From NCBI GenBank assembly GCA_016713785.1, contig JADJOM010000002.1, forward strand, positions 461,393 to 525,392: DNA of 64,000 nt. The letters run 5' to 3'. Shown one piece after another: positions 11,231 to 19,851 of this stretch. The position numbers and the translations under genes were made by a program. Source of the stretch: Gemmatimonadota bacterium (GTDB lineage: Bacteria > Gemmatimonadota > Gemmatimonadetes > Gemmatimonadales > GWC2-71-9). The notes under the pieces were generated by a model, which did not search any database, was not told the origin of the DNA, and saw only the letters and a list, made by a program, of their open reading frames with translations. Within the stretch, counting starts at the first letter, position 1. Each line of letters starts with the position of its first letter.

Positions 11231-12876
11231 GATCCTCGCTGCTGCTCGCCCTGGCGCTCGGCGCCGCGGCGCCGTCGCTCCCCGCCCAGGTGACCGACGC
11301 CCGGCTGCGCGCCGCGCGGCGCGAGCCCGCCAACTGGCTCACCTATTCCGGCGACCTCGGCGGCCAGCGCTACAGCCCGCTGGCCCAGGTCACCACCGCC
11401 AACGTGGCGGCGCTGCGCCCGGCCTGGATCTACCAGGCCGCCATGCCCGGCACCCTGCAGACCAGCCCGCTGGTGGTCGACGGCGTGATGTACCTGACCG
11501 AGTTCCAGGGCCACGTGGTGGCGCTCGACGCGCGCAGCGGCCGCGTGCTGTGGCGCTACCAGCAGGCCATCCCGCCCGGGCTCCTCGCGCTCGGCTTCGC
11601 GCCCACCAACCGCGGCGTGGCGGTGCTCGACTCCACCGTGTTCGTGGGCAGCCCCGACGCGCGGCTCATCGCGCTCGACGCCCGCTCCGGCGCGGTGCGA
11701 TGGACGGTGCCGGTGGCGGACAACGCGCTCGGCTACGCCATCACCGGCGCGCCGCTCGCCGTGGACGGGCTGGTGCTCACCGGGGTGAGCGGGGCCGAGG
11801 CGGGGATCCGCGGCTTCGTGGACGCGTACGACGCGCGCACCGGCGAGCGCCGCTGGCGCTTCCATACCATCCCCGGCGCGGGCGAGCCGGGCGTGGAGAC
11901 GTGGGGCGGGGAGTCGTGGAAGACCGGTGGCGGGTCCACCTGGGTCACCGGCAGCTACGACCCGGCGCTGGGCCTGCTCTACTGGGGCGTGGGCAACCCG
12001 GGCCCGCTGTGGAACGGCGACGACCGCCCCGGCGACAACCTCTACACCTGTTCCCTGGTGGCGCTCGACCTCCGGACCGGCACCCTGCGCTGGCATTTCC
12101 AGTTCACGCCGCACGACACCCACGACTGGGACGCCGCGCAGGTCCCGGTGCTCTTCGAGGGCACCGTGGCGGGGCGGGCGCGGCCGCTGGTGGCGATGGC
12201 CAATCGCAACGGCTTCTACTACGTGCTCGACCGCGCCACCGGCGAGTTCCTCGCGGGGACCCCCTACATCCGGCAGGAGTGGGCGGAGGGGCTCGACGCC
12301 GCGGGGCGGCCGATCGTGCGTCCGGGCAGCGAGCCGACCGACACGGGGACCAGCCTCGCGCCCAACCTGCACGGGGCCAGCAACTGGTACAGCCCGAGCT
12401 ACAGCCCCCGGGCGGGGCTGTTCTACGTGGCGGCGCGGCAGATGGGGAGCCGGTACTACAAATATCCCGTCAGCTACACGCCGGGCCGCTACTTCCTGGG
12501 CGGCGGCGAGGCGGAGTTCGGCGGCGACTCCGCCCAGGGCGCGGTCAAGGCGCTCGATCCCCTCACCGGGCGCGAGCGGTGGAGCTTCCCGCTGTTCTCG
12601 CCGCCATGGGCCGGGCTGCTCTCCACCGCCGGTGGGCTGCTGTTCGGGGGGACCAACGAGGGGGTGTTCTTTGCCCTGAGCGCCCGCACCGGGCGCCCGC
12701 TGTGGCACTTCCAGACCGGCGCCATGGTCAATGCCAACCCCATCAGCTACGCCGTCGGCGGGCGGCAGTACGTGGCCGTGGCGGCGGGGAGCACCCTGCA
12801 GGTGTTCGCGCTGGCCACCGGGGCCGGCCGCGCGGCGCCGACCGACTCGACCCGCCCCGCGGTCCGGTTGCCGTGA
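11227..12876 (+). CDS. PQQ-dependent dehydrogenase (quinoprotein beta-propeller), periplasmic
   Basis: 549 aa. ATGA start/stop overlap with the cytochrome gene. Signal peptide, then N-terminal NWLTYSGDLGGQRYSPL and repeated W-motif propeller blades typical of the methanol/ethanol/glucose quinoprotein family. Confidence 0.85.
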   Translation: MRSSLLLALALGAAAPSLPAQVTDARLRAARREPANWLTYSGDLGGQRYSPLAQVTTANVAALRPAWIYQAAMPGTLQTSPLVVDGVMYLTEFQGHVVALDARSGRVLWRYQQAIPPGLLALGFAPTNRGVAVLDSTVFVGSPDARLIALDARSGAVRWTVPVADNALGYAITGAPLAVDGLVLTGVSGAEAGIRGFVDAYDARTGERRWRFHTIPGAGEPGVETWGGESWKTGGGSTWVTGSYDPALGLLYWGVGNPGPLWNGDDRPGDNLYTCSLVALDLRTGTLRWHFQFTPHDTHDWDAAQVPVLFEGTVAGRARPLVAMANRNGFYYVLDRATGEFLAGTPYIRQEWAEGLDAAGRPIVRPGSEPTDTGTSLAPNLHGASNWYSPSYSPRAGLFYVAARQMGSRYYKYPVSYTPGRYFLGGGEAEFGGDSAQGAVKALDPLTGRERWSFPLFSPPWAGLLSTAGGLLFGGTNEGVFFALSARTGRPLWHFQTGAMVNANPISYAVGGRQYVAVAAGSTLQVFALATGAGRAAPTDSTRPAVRLP

Positions 12877-12907
12877 GCCCTCGCGGGCCCGCCCACCGTC
12901 TCCGGCC

Positions 12908-13501
12908 GTGACCGCACCCGGCCCGGCCAACCTCGAGGCCCTGTTCCGCCGTGCCGAAGGCACGGACCCCGCGGCGGCGGGGGAGATCTTCGCGCTGCTC
13001 TACGACGAGCTGCACCGCCTGGCGGAGCGCCAGCTCCGTCGGAGCGACCAGGCCTTGACCCTCGGCACCACCACGCTGGTGCACGAGGCCTACCTGAGCA
13101 TGGCGGCCAGGAGCGGGGCCGACTTTCCCGACCGGGCGCGCTTCTTCGGGTACGCGGCCCGGGCCATGCGCGGGCTCATCATCGACTACGCCCGCCGCCG
13201 CTGCGCGGTGAAGCGCGGCCGGTTGCTGGAGATCACCCTGCAGGAGGAGGACGCCGCGAACCCGGCCGCCCTCGAGGCCACCACCGACCTGACGGCGCTG
13301 GGCGCGGCGCTCGAGGACCTGACCGGGCTCGACCCGGCGCTCGCGGAGCTGGTGGACCTGCACTACTTCGCCGGATTCGCGCTGGTGGAGATTGCGGAGC
13401 TGCGGGGGGTGGTGGAACGCACCGTCCAGCGCGACTGGCGCAAGGCGCGGTTGCTGCTGCACCGGAGCCTGGGCGAGGAGCCGCCGCCCGGCCCGGCCTA
13501 G
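12908..13501 (+). CDS. ECF-type RNA polymerase sigma factor (TIGR02999-like, kinase-associated type)
   Basis: In-frame GTG at 12908, 31 nt after the PQQ gene stop; the longer ORF from 12731 would overlap the PQQ gene. Region 2 (LLYDELHRLAERQL...TTLVHEAYL) and region 4 (LVDLHYFAGFALVEIAELRGVVERTVQRDWRKAR) are recognisable. Confidence 0.8.
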   Translation: MTAPGPANLEALFRRAEGTDPAAAGEIFALLYDELHRLAERQLRRSDQALTLGTTTLVHEAYLSMAARSGADFPDRARFFGYAARAMRGLIIDYARRRCAVKRGRLLEITLQEEDAANPAALEATTDLTALGAALEDLTGLDPALAELVDLHYFAGFALVEIAELRGVVERTVQRDWRKARLLLHRSLGEEPPPGPA

Positions 13502-16158
13502 CTGGGGAGCATCGCGCGCCGGGCCAGCGCCCGGCGGGTGCGGGGATCGTCGGGTCCCGCCCCGCGGGAAAACCCGGCCACCGCGCGATCGAACGTGGCG
13601 CCGGCGAGGGTGGTGTCCCCCCGCGCCAGCGCGAGCAACGCTTCCACCAGCCGGACCTCCGCCACGGCCGCGCTCGCCGAGTCGGCGATCGGGTCCAGCA
13701 GGGCATTCGCTCCGGCCAGTCGCACCAGGTCTGCCGCCGCTTCCAACCGACCCTCCGCGATCCCCGCCTCCGCGGCCAGCAGCGCCACCGGCCTGAGCCG
13801 CGACTGCTTCCTCCCCTCGAAGTAGCCGTGCTGCCGGAGTACCGCGTCGAAGGCTGTCCACGCCGCACCGGGGTCTCCCGCCGCCAGCGCCAGCATGCCC
13901 CGGATGGTCCGGGGGTCGGGGAAGACGTCGTCGGTGTCCTGCGCGTGGGGGTATCGCGCCACGAGCCGCTCGAGCCGGTTCGCGGCGGCGCTGGCCTCCG
14001 CAACCCGGCCCACGGTGGCCGCGGCGCGACCCACGCCGAACAGCCCGCGGCCCTCCCAGTAGAGATTGGTGTCCGCCACCGCCTGCCGCACCACCTGGCG
14101 GAAGTACTTGAGCGCGGTGTCGGCCTGGCCGACCGTCAGCGCGATCTCGGCGTAGTGGATGAGCGGTTGCCAGTAGATCCGGCCGCTGGGGTCGCTCGCC
14201 GCGGCCTGGTCCAGCACCTGCCGCAACAGGGAATCTGCCGCGGCCGTCTCGCCCAGCTTGACCAGCGCCAGCGCGAGGTTGTGGCTGGCCATCGTGTGGT
14301 CCAGCGAACTGCCCATCCCGGCCCGGGCCTGCCACTCCAGCACCCGGCGGAACACCGCCACCGCCTCCCGCGGCCGGTTACTCACGTCGAGCGCCGTCGC
14401 CAGGTCGTCCAGCAGGGCGAGGTACTCCGGTCCGCGAGTGTCGCCCAGGCTGTCGAGGATGAACAGGGCCCGGCGCGAGGTGGCGGTCCCGTCGGGCGCG
14501 TCCGTGGGGGCGCTGCCGGTAATGTGCGCCTCGACCTCGAGCGCCGCGCGCGCGCCGAGGCAACTCGCCTCCTGGCGTGGGTCCGGGCGGCGCTGCCGCA
14601 GGCTGTCGGCCTCGGCCAGCCGCCGCCACGCCTCGGAATACCTTCCTTCCATCCGCAGGTTGTCCACCTGCATGCAGTAGATCTCGGGCAGTTCCGTTAC
14701 CCCGTAGCCGGCCGCGGCCAGGGACTCGGCCCGGGCGAGCAGCGCGCCGCGCTCCCGGGTCTCGCCCAGCCGCGCATAGGCGTTGGCCAGCAGCGGCAGC
14801 AGCGACCCCAGGGTGGCGGAGTCGTGGGCGAACTGGCGGGTCACCACGGCCCTGGCCGAGTCCACCATCTCGGCCACCGTGATGGGACGGTCGCCCACCT
14901 GCGACAGCAGCGACTCCTGGAACTCGACCTGCGCGTCCGACCGCCGCCGGGCCGCGACGGCCGCGTCGCGCTGGCGCCGCGCCTCCCGCATCTGCGCCAC
15001 GGAGAAGGCAGTCGCGCCGAGCAGGCTGAGCACCATCACCCCGCCGGCCAGCACGCCGGCGCGGTTGCGACGGATGAAGCGCTCCATCCGGTACCCGAGT
15101 GACGGCGGTCGCGCCCCGATCGGTTCGTGGCCCAGGTAGCGCGCGAGGTCATCCGCGAAGGCCCCCACCGACAGGTACCGCTCCGCCGCAACCTTGCGGA
15201 GCGCCTTGGCCAGGATGGTGTCGAGGTCGCCCAGGCCGAGCCGGGGCGGCTCCACCTCGAGCAGCGCGGCGAGGCAGGCCGCCGGGGTCATCGCCTCCCC
15301 GGCGGTCGGGTGCCGGCCGGACAGCAGCTGGTAGAGGAGTACCCCGAGCGCGTAGACATCGACCGCGGTGGTGAGCGGCTCGTGGCGCACCTGCTCCGGC
15401 GCGGCGTAGTGCGGGGTGAAGGCGCCCCCCCCCTCCTGGGTGAGCGCGGCCCGGTCGCCCGGCTGGTCGTCGAGCAGCCGGGCGATGCCGAAGTCGAGCA
15501 GCTTCACCGTCCCCGCGGCGGTGACCAGGATGTTGGTGGGCTTGAGGTCGCGGTGCACGATCAGGGCGGCATGCGCGTGCCCCACGGCCGCGAGCACCTG
15601 CTGGAACAGCCGGACGCACGCCGGGATCGTCAGGCGGTGGGTGCGCACGTACTCGTCGATCGGCGCCCCGTCCACGTACTCGAGCACGAGGTAGGGCGTC
15701 CCGGAAGGTGTGACCCCCGCGTCGAGCAGGCGGGCGATGCCGGGGTGGGTGAGCCGGGCGAGCAGCGAACCCTCCCGGCGGAAGCGGGCCTGGCCCTCCG
15801 TGCCGTGCAGGGCGAGGTGCAGCAGCTTCACCGCCGCCACGCCCTCGAATCGCCCATCCACCCGACGCGCCAGCCACACGCTGCCCATGCCGCCCTGTCC
15901 CAGCGGGTGCGTCAGCCGCCAGGGGCCGAGCTCGAGTCCCTCCAGCCCGGCCACGGTAGACGGCAGGAGGAATCCGTCCCGGTCGGCCGCGGACTCCCGC
16001 GAGATCAGCGCGTCGATCTCGGCCGCCAGCACCGGTGAACGCGCTGCCAGCCCGTGCAGCCACCGCGCCCGCTCGGCGGGGGGCAGGTCGAGGGCCTCAT
16101 CCAGCAGTGGCTCGAGGGAAAGCCAGTGGTCCCGCGGCAGTTCCGCCATTGTGAGCAT
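13498..16158 (-). CDS. serine/threonine protein kinase with one TM helix and a C-terminal TPR-like domain
   Basis: 886 aa. Hanks kinase motifs GQGGMGSVW, AVK, HRDLKPTNIL, DFGIA, APE. A hydrophobic helix lies around aa 370, followed by long TPR-like repeats. Its stop overlaps the ECF sigma stop (CTAG at 13498..13501). Confidence 0.9.
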   Translation of the reverse strand: MLTMAELPRDHWLSLEPLLDEALDLPPAERARWLHGLAARSPVLAAEIDALISRESAADRDGFLLPSTVAGLEGLELGPWRLTHPLGQGGMGSVWLARRVDGRFEGVAAVKLLHLALHGTEGQARFRREGSLLARLTHPGIARLLDAGVTPSGTPYLVLEYVDGAPIDEYVRTHRLTIPACVRLFQQVLAAVGHAHAALIVHRDLKPTNILVTAAGTVKLLDFGIARLLDDQPGDRAALTQEGGGAFTPHYAAPEQVRHEPLTTAVDVYALGVLLYQLLSGRHPTAGEAMTPAACLAALLEVEPPRLGLGDLDTILAKALRKVAAERYLSVGAFADDLARYLGHEPIGARPPSLGYRMERFIRRNRAGVLAGGVMVLSLLGATAFSVAQMREARRQRDAAVAARRRSDAQVEFQESLLSQVGDRPITVAEMVDSARAVVTRQFAHDSATLGSLLPLLANAYARLGETRERGALLARAESLAAAGYGVTELPEIYCMQVDNLRMEGRYSEAWRRLAEADSLRQRRPDPRQEASCLGARAALEVEAHITGSAPTDAPDGTATSRRALFILDSLGDTRGPEYLALLDDLATALDVSNRPREAVAVFRRVLEWQARAGMGSSLDHTMASHNLALALVKLGETAAADSLLRQVLDQAAASDPSGRIYWQPLIHYAEIALTVGQADTALKYFRQVVRQAVADTNLYWEGRGLFGVGRAAATVGRVAEASAAANRLERLVARYPHAQDTDDVFPDPRTIRGMLALAAGDPGAAWTAFDAVLRQHGYFEGRKQSRLRPVALLAAEAGIAEGRLEAAADLVRLAGANALLDPIADSASAAVAEVRLVEALLALARGDTTLAGATFDRAVAGFSRGAGPDDPRTRRALARRAMLPS

Positions 16159-16379
16159 CTCCGGCCTCGAATGTCGTCCAGGACCCGGGGCGGCGATAGA
16201 GCCGGCCCTTCCTTCGTCGGATTCCGGTCCCCGTCACTGCTATCGGAAGCGGTGGCGACGAGCCGACAGCCGGGGCCCCGGCAGCCCATGTCGGGTCCGT
16301 CCGCGCCTTTCCGATCTGGAAGGTGGGCGGGTCTCCCGACCGGACCACCCGCCCCTTCCCCGGTACAAGGAGTCTTGCG

Positions 16380-17753
16380 ATGCAGAACAGGTACCTGTGC
16401 GGCATGGCCCTCGCCCTGGTGGCGGGCCTGTCCGCCTGCGACGATGCGGCGACGGCCCCTGATGCCGCCGCCCGGATCCGTCCCCCCGCGCCGGCGGTGT
16501 CCGATTCGTTCGTGGAGGCCGTGCGGCAGCTCGCCGCCGGTCGCGGGGTGACCTCGATGCCCGTGCCACCCAAGGTCCGTCCGGCGCTCTCCCGCCTGGG
16601 GCAGGCGCTCGCCTTCGACAAGGTGTTGAGCGGCAATCGCGACATCTCCTGCATGACCTGCCACCTGCCGCCGCTGGCCACCGGCGACGGGCGCAGCCTC
16701 TCGATCGGCCAGGGTGCCACCGGGGTCGGTGCCGCCCGGGTGCATCCCGAGGGGGCGTTCATTCCGCGCAACGCCCCGGCGCTCTTCAACCTGACGGCGA
16801 TGCCCGCCCTGTTCTGGGACGGCCGGGTGGCGATGGATGCGGGCGGGCGGTTCCATACCCCGGCCGGGACCCAGCTCACCGCCGACATGACCCGGGTCTT
16901 CGAATTCGGCGCCGCCTCGGCCATCGGGCTCTTTCCGGTGCTCTCGCGCGAGGAGATGCGCGCGATCGACGGCAATGAGCTGGCCGGCATCCCCGACAGC
17001 GACAACCGTGCGGTGTGGCGCGCCCTCATGCGACGGCTGGGCGCCATTCCCGAGTACCGCCGCCTGTTCGAGGCGGCCTATCCCGGGACCCCCTTCGGGC
17101 GGATGACGTTCGCCCATGCGTCGAACGCGATCGGTGGCTTCTTCGTCGACCGGTTCTCCTTCGTCAACGCCCCCTGGGACCGGTTCCTCGCCGGGGACGA
17201 TCACGCGCTCTCCGCGGAGCAGCTCGCCGGCGCGCAGGTCTTCCTCACCATCCGCTGCTCCCTGTGCCACAACGGGCCGGCGCTGACCGACAACCAGTTC
17301 CACAACGTGGCGCTGGCGCAGTTCGGGCCGGGGAAGGGGAACGGGGTCGACGGCCGGGATGACTTCGGACGGATGAACGTGACCGGGCTGGCGGCCGACC
17401 AGTACACCTTCCGTACCACACCGCTGCGCAACGTGGCGCTGACGGCGCCCTACGGCCATGACGGCGCCTTCCAGGACCTGCGGGCGTTCATCGATCACTA
17501 CAGCGAGTCGGACCTCAAGCTCCGGAACTTCGACGTCGCCGGCCTCGAGCCGCTGCTGCAAGGATCGTTGGTGCTCAACTTCGACGCGGTGCTGGCGACT
17601 CGGGACACCATCATCGACGGGGTGGTGCTGCCTTCCACGATCGTCGACCAGCTCACCACCTTCATGTCCGCGCTGACGGATCCCGCCGCGCTGGACCTCC
17701 GGCGGACGGTCCCGGTCCGGGTGCCCAGCGGCCTCCCGGTGGACGGCCGCTAG
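16380..17753 (+). CDS. di-haem cytochrome c peroxidase/MauG family lipoprotein
   Basis: ATG at 16380 is preceded by AAGGAG. Lipobox LVAGLSAC. Two haem motifs, CMTCH and CSLCH. The ORF-track start at 16323 was rejected for lacking a signal peptide and RBS. Confidence 0.85.
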   Translation: MQNRYLCGMALALVAGLSACDDAATAPDAAARIRPPAPAVSDSFVEAVRQLAAGRGVTSMPVPPKVRPALSRLGQALAFDKVLSGNRDISCMTCHLPPLATGDGRSLSIGQGATGVGAARVHPEGAFIPRNAPALFNLTAMPALFWDGRVAMDAGGRFHTPAGTQLTADMTRVFEFGAASAIGLFPVLSREEMRAIDGNELAGIPDSDNRAVWRALMRRLGAIPEYRRLFEAAYPGTPFGRMTFAHASNAIGGFFVDRFSFVNAPWDRFLAGDDHALSAEQLAGAQVFLTIRCSLCHNGPALTDNQFHNVALAQFGPGKGNGVDGRDDFGRMNVTGLAADQYTFRTTPLRNVALTAPYGHDGAFQDLRAFIDHYSESDLKLRNFDVAGLEPLLQGSLVLNFDAVLATRDTIIDGVVLPSTIVDQLTTFMSALTDPAALDLRRTVPVRVPSGLPVDGR

Positions 17754-17907
17754 GCCGCCCGCCGCAGGCCCGCGCCACGGCCCGACACCCCGTGGCCCGG
17801 GTTCGGCTACGGGGGACGACAGGTTATCTTTCCTGCCGTCCCCCGCTGTTGCTGGCGCACCCTCTCCGGCGCCATCTCCGGCTCGCCGTCCCCGAACCGG
17901 AGCAGCC

Positions 17908-18225
17908 ATGCCCGCCTTCAAGCCTGACCAGCGCCATCTCGAGGTGCGTGGCCGGACTTTTCACTTCGTGTCGTACGAGGGCCGGCCCGCCAACGCCCAC
18001 CGGGGGGAGGAAGAGCAGCCCCCGATGTGGTACATGATGGTGGCCGGGCGCCGCTTCGCCATGTTCCCCTGTGATCCCGCCCAGGATTCGGCGGCCATCG
18101 ACCAGGCGCTTACCCGCTGGGCGGAGCAGCACGCCATGGGCACCGCGGCCGTTCCCGAGGCGGTCACGCCCTCCGCCAAGCCCGTCAGCTCCAAGCATCG
18201 CCGCACCTGGTGGGGCCCGAACTAG
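17908..18225 (+). CDS. hypothetical protein
   Basis: 105-aa ORF in an otherwise empty gap, with native-looking codon usage. No family recognised. Confidence 0.4.
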   Translation: MPAFKPDQRHLEVRGRTFHFVSYEGRPANAHRGEEEQPPMWYMMVAGRRFAMFPCDPAQDSAAIDQALTRWAEQHAMGTAAVPEAVTPSAKPVSSKHRRTWWGPN

Positions 18226-18298
18226 CCGGGCCCCGCCGCGCCGCACCCGCATCCGGCCGTTTCACTCCCCCGCGTCGGGGGCCACAGCAAGGACCTCA

Positions 18299-18487
18299 GT
18301 GCCCAGACGGAATTTCGGTTTCGAGAAGCGCCAGAAGGAGATCGCCAAGAAGGAAAAGAAGCAGCTCAAGCTGCAGAAGCGCCTGGAGCGGTCGCAGGCG
18401 CCTGACGGCTCCGACCTGCCCGACGGGGAGCTGCCCATGGACGACGGGGCGGCGGACGAGACCCCCGGCACCGACTCCACCGACTGA
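18299..18487 (+). CDS. small lysine-rich hypothetical protein
   Basis: GTG at 18299 with AAGGA 8 nt upstream. Encodes VPRRNFGFEKRQKEIAKKEKKQLKLQKRLERSQ... (62 aa). A perfect 13-bp hairpin follows immediately. Confidence 0.4.
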   Translation: MPRRNFGFEKRQKEIAKKEKKQLKLQKRLERSQAPDGSDLPDGELPMDDGAADETPGTDSTD

Positions 18488-18494
18488 CCCACCC

Positions 18495-18523
18495 GATCCC
18501 CCACCCCGCCGGGGTGGGGGATC
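18495..18523 (+). terminator. GC-rich hairpin, putative intrinsic terminator
   Basis: GATCCCCCACCCC-gcc-GGGGTGGGGGATC, a perfect 13-bp stem, lies 8 nt after the small ORF stop. There is no clear U-tract. Confidence 0.45.
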
Positions 18524-18700
18524 CGCAGCCGGCCGGTCGCATGCCCAGTGCACCCCGCCCCCGCGTGCCCCACCCGGCCGACCGTCCCCATCCTACGCCG
18601 GCATCCCCGGCCCGCCCCGCCCCGACGATGCCCACCCACCCGCCCGAGCGCCGATGAGCAGGGACCGATCGTACCACGTTGCCACCCTCGTCGCCGCCGG

Positions 18701-19168
18701 ATGACGATCTGGATCGATGCCGACGCCGCGCCGCGCGAGGTCAAGGAGCTCGTCTTCCGTGCGGCGAAGCGCCTGGCGGTGCCCGCGGTGCTGGTGGCCA
18801 ACCAGCGGCTGCAGCTCCCGCCGGGCAACCCGCAGGTGACGGCGGTGTGGGTGGATGGCGGCGCTGACGTGGCCGACCAGTACATCGCCGACCACGCCCT
18901 GGTCGGGGACCTGGTCGTCACCCAGGATATCCCCCTCGCGGCGCTCCTGGTGCCGCGCGGCATCCCGGTGCTCGATCCGCGCGGCGAGGAACACACCATG
19001 GAGACCATCGGCGAGCGGCTGTCGGTGCGGAACTTCATGGAGCAGGCGCGGACGGCGGGGATGGTCACCGGCGGTCCCGCGCCGTATGACGCCCGGGCGC
19101 GCCAGGCCTTCGCCGCCGCGCTCGACCGGGTGCTGACCCGGCTGCTCCGGGCCCGGCCGCCGGGCTGA
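18701..19168 (+). CDS. YaiI/YqxD (UPF0178/DUF188) family protein
   Basis: The internal ATG at 18701 gives MTIWIDADAAPREVKELVFRAA..., the canonical DUF188 N-terminus. The upstream extension of the ORF is Pro/Arg-rich junk. Confidence 0.75.
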   Translation: MTIWIDADAAPREVKELVFRAAKRLAVPAVLVANQRLQLPPGNPQVTAVWVDGGADVADQYIADHALVGDLVVTQDIPLAALLVPRGIPVLDPRGEEHTMETIGERLSVRNFMEQARTAGMVTGGPAPYDARARQAFAAALDRVLTRLLRARPPG

Positions 19169-19171
19169 GGC

Positions 19172-19711
19172 TCAGTCGCCGAACAGCGAGAGGGCGTCGC
19201 TCAGCCGCGCGCCCTCGATGCCAAGCAGCCGGCGCTTGAGCACCGCGCCGCCGTGGGCGGAGAAGCCCACCATGGCGTTGCCGGCGCCGAGCACCCGGTG
19301 GCAGGGCACCACGAGCGGCCAGGGGTTGTGGCCGAGGGCCTGGCCCACCGCGCGCGCCGAGCCCGGCGCGCCCAGCCGGGTGGCGATCTCGCCGTAGGTC
19401 AGCGTCTGGCCCGGCGCGATGCCTCGCGTCACTTCGTAGACCCGCTGGTGGAAGTGCGGCACGCCCTCCGGGTCGAGCGGGATCCACGAGAGATCGCGCC
19501 GGTCCCCGGCGAGGAGCGCGCAGAGGTCCGCGATGGCCTGGGCCATCTCCGCGGTCGGTGCCGCCTCGACCGCGCCCGGCGCCCGCCGCCGCAGCCGGTC
19601 CCGGGTGGCGGCCTCCGCGGCTTCGGGGAGCTGCACCGCGACCAGTCCGCGCGCATTCCACGCCAGGCCCGCGCGGCCGATGGCGGTCTCGAACAGGGTG
19701 TAGTGGGTCAT
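19172..19711 (-). CDS. ogt: methylated-DNA--protein-cysteine methyltransferase
   Basis: 179 aa. Active-site motif VVPCHRV and the preceding TYGEIA helix. Confidence 0.9.
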   Translation of the reverse strand: MTHYTLFETAIGRAGLAWNARGLVAVQLPEAAEAATRDRLRRRAPGAVEAAPTAEMAQAIADLCALLAGDRRDLSWIPLDPEGVPHFHQRVYEVTRGIAPGQTLTYGEIATRLGAPGSARAVGQALGHNPWPLVVPCHRVLGAGNAMVGFSAHGGAVLKRRLLGIEGARLSDALSLFGD

Positions 19712-19802
19712 GCCCTCTACATAGCGTGGCGCGCCCCGCTTCTCAACGGTCCTGAAACCGGCCCATGGCCGGGCGCGGCGCCGACCCCCAGATTCCGGAC
19801 GG

Positions 19803-19844
19803 TTTCCCGTTTCCCGTTTCCCGTTTCCCGTTTCCCGTTTCCCC
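19803..19844. repeat. heptanucleotide tandem repeat (TTTCCCG)x5 plus one TTTCCCC copy
   Basis: Read directly from the sequence: five perfect and one variant 7-nt units, ending 7 nt before ATG 19852. Confidence 0.95.
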
Positions 19845-19851
19845 GACCCCC

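Noticed and set aside
16159-16379. An ECF-type promoter (GGAAC-like -35, CGT-like -10) between the kinase and peroxidase genes.
   Set aside because: There is no convincing match, and the target motif for this ECF group is unknown to me. It cannot be supported from a single sequence.
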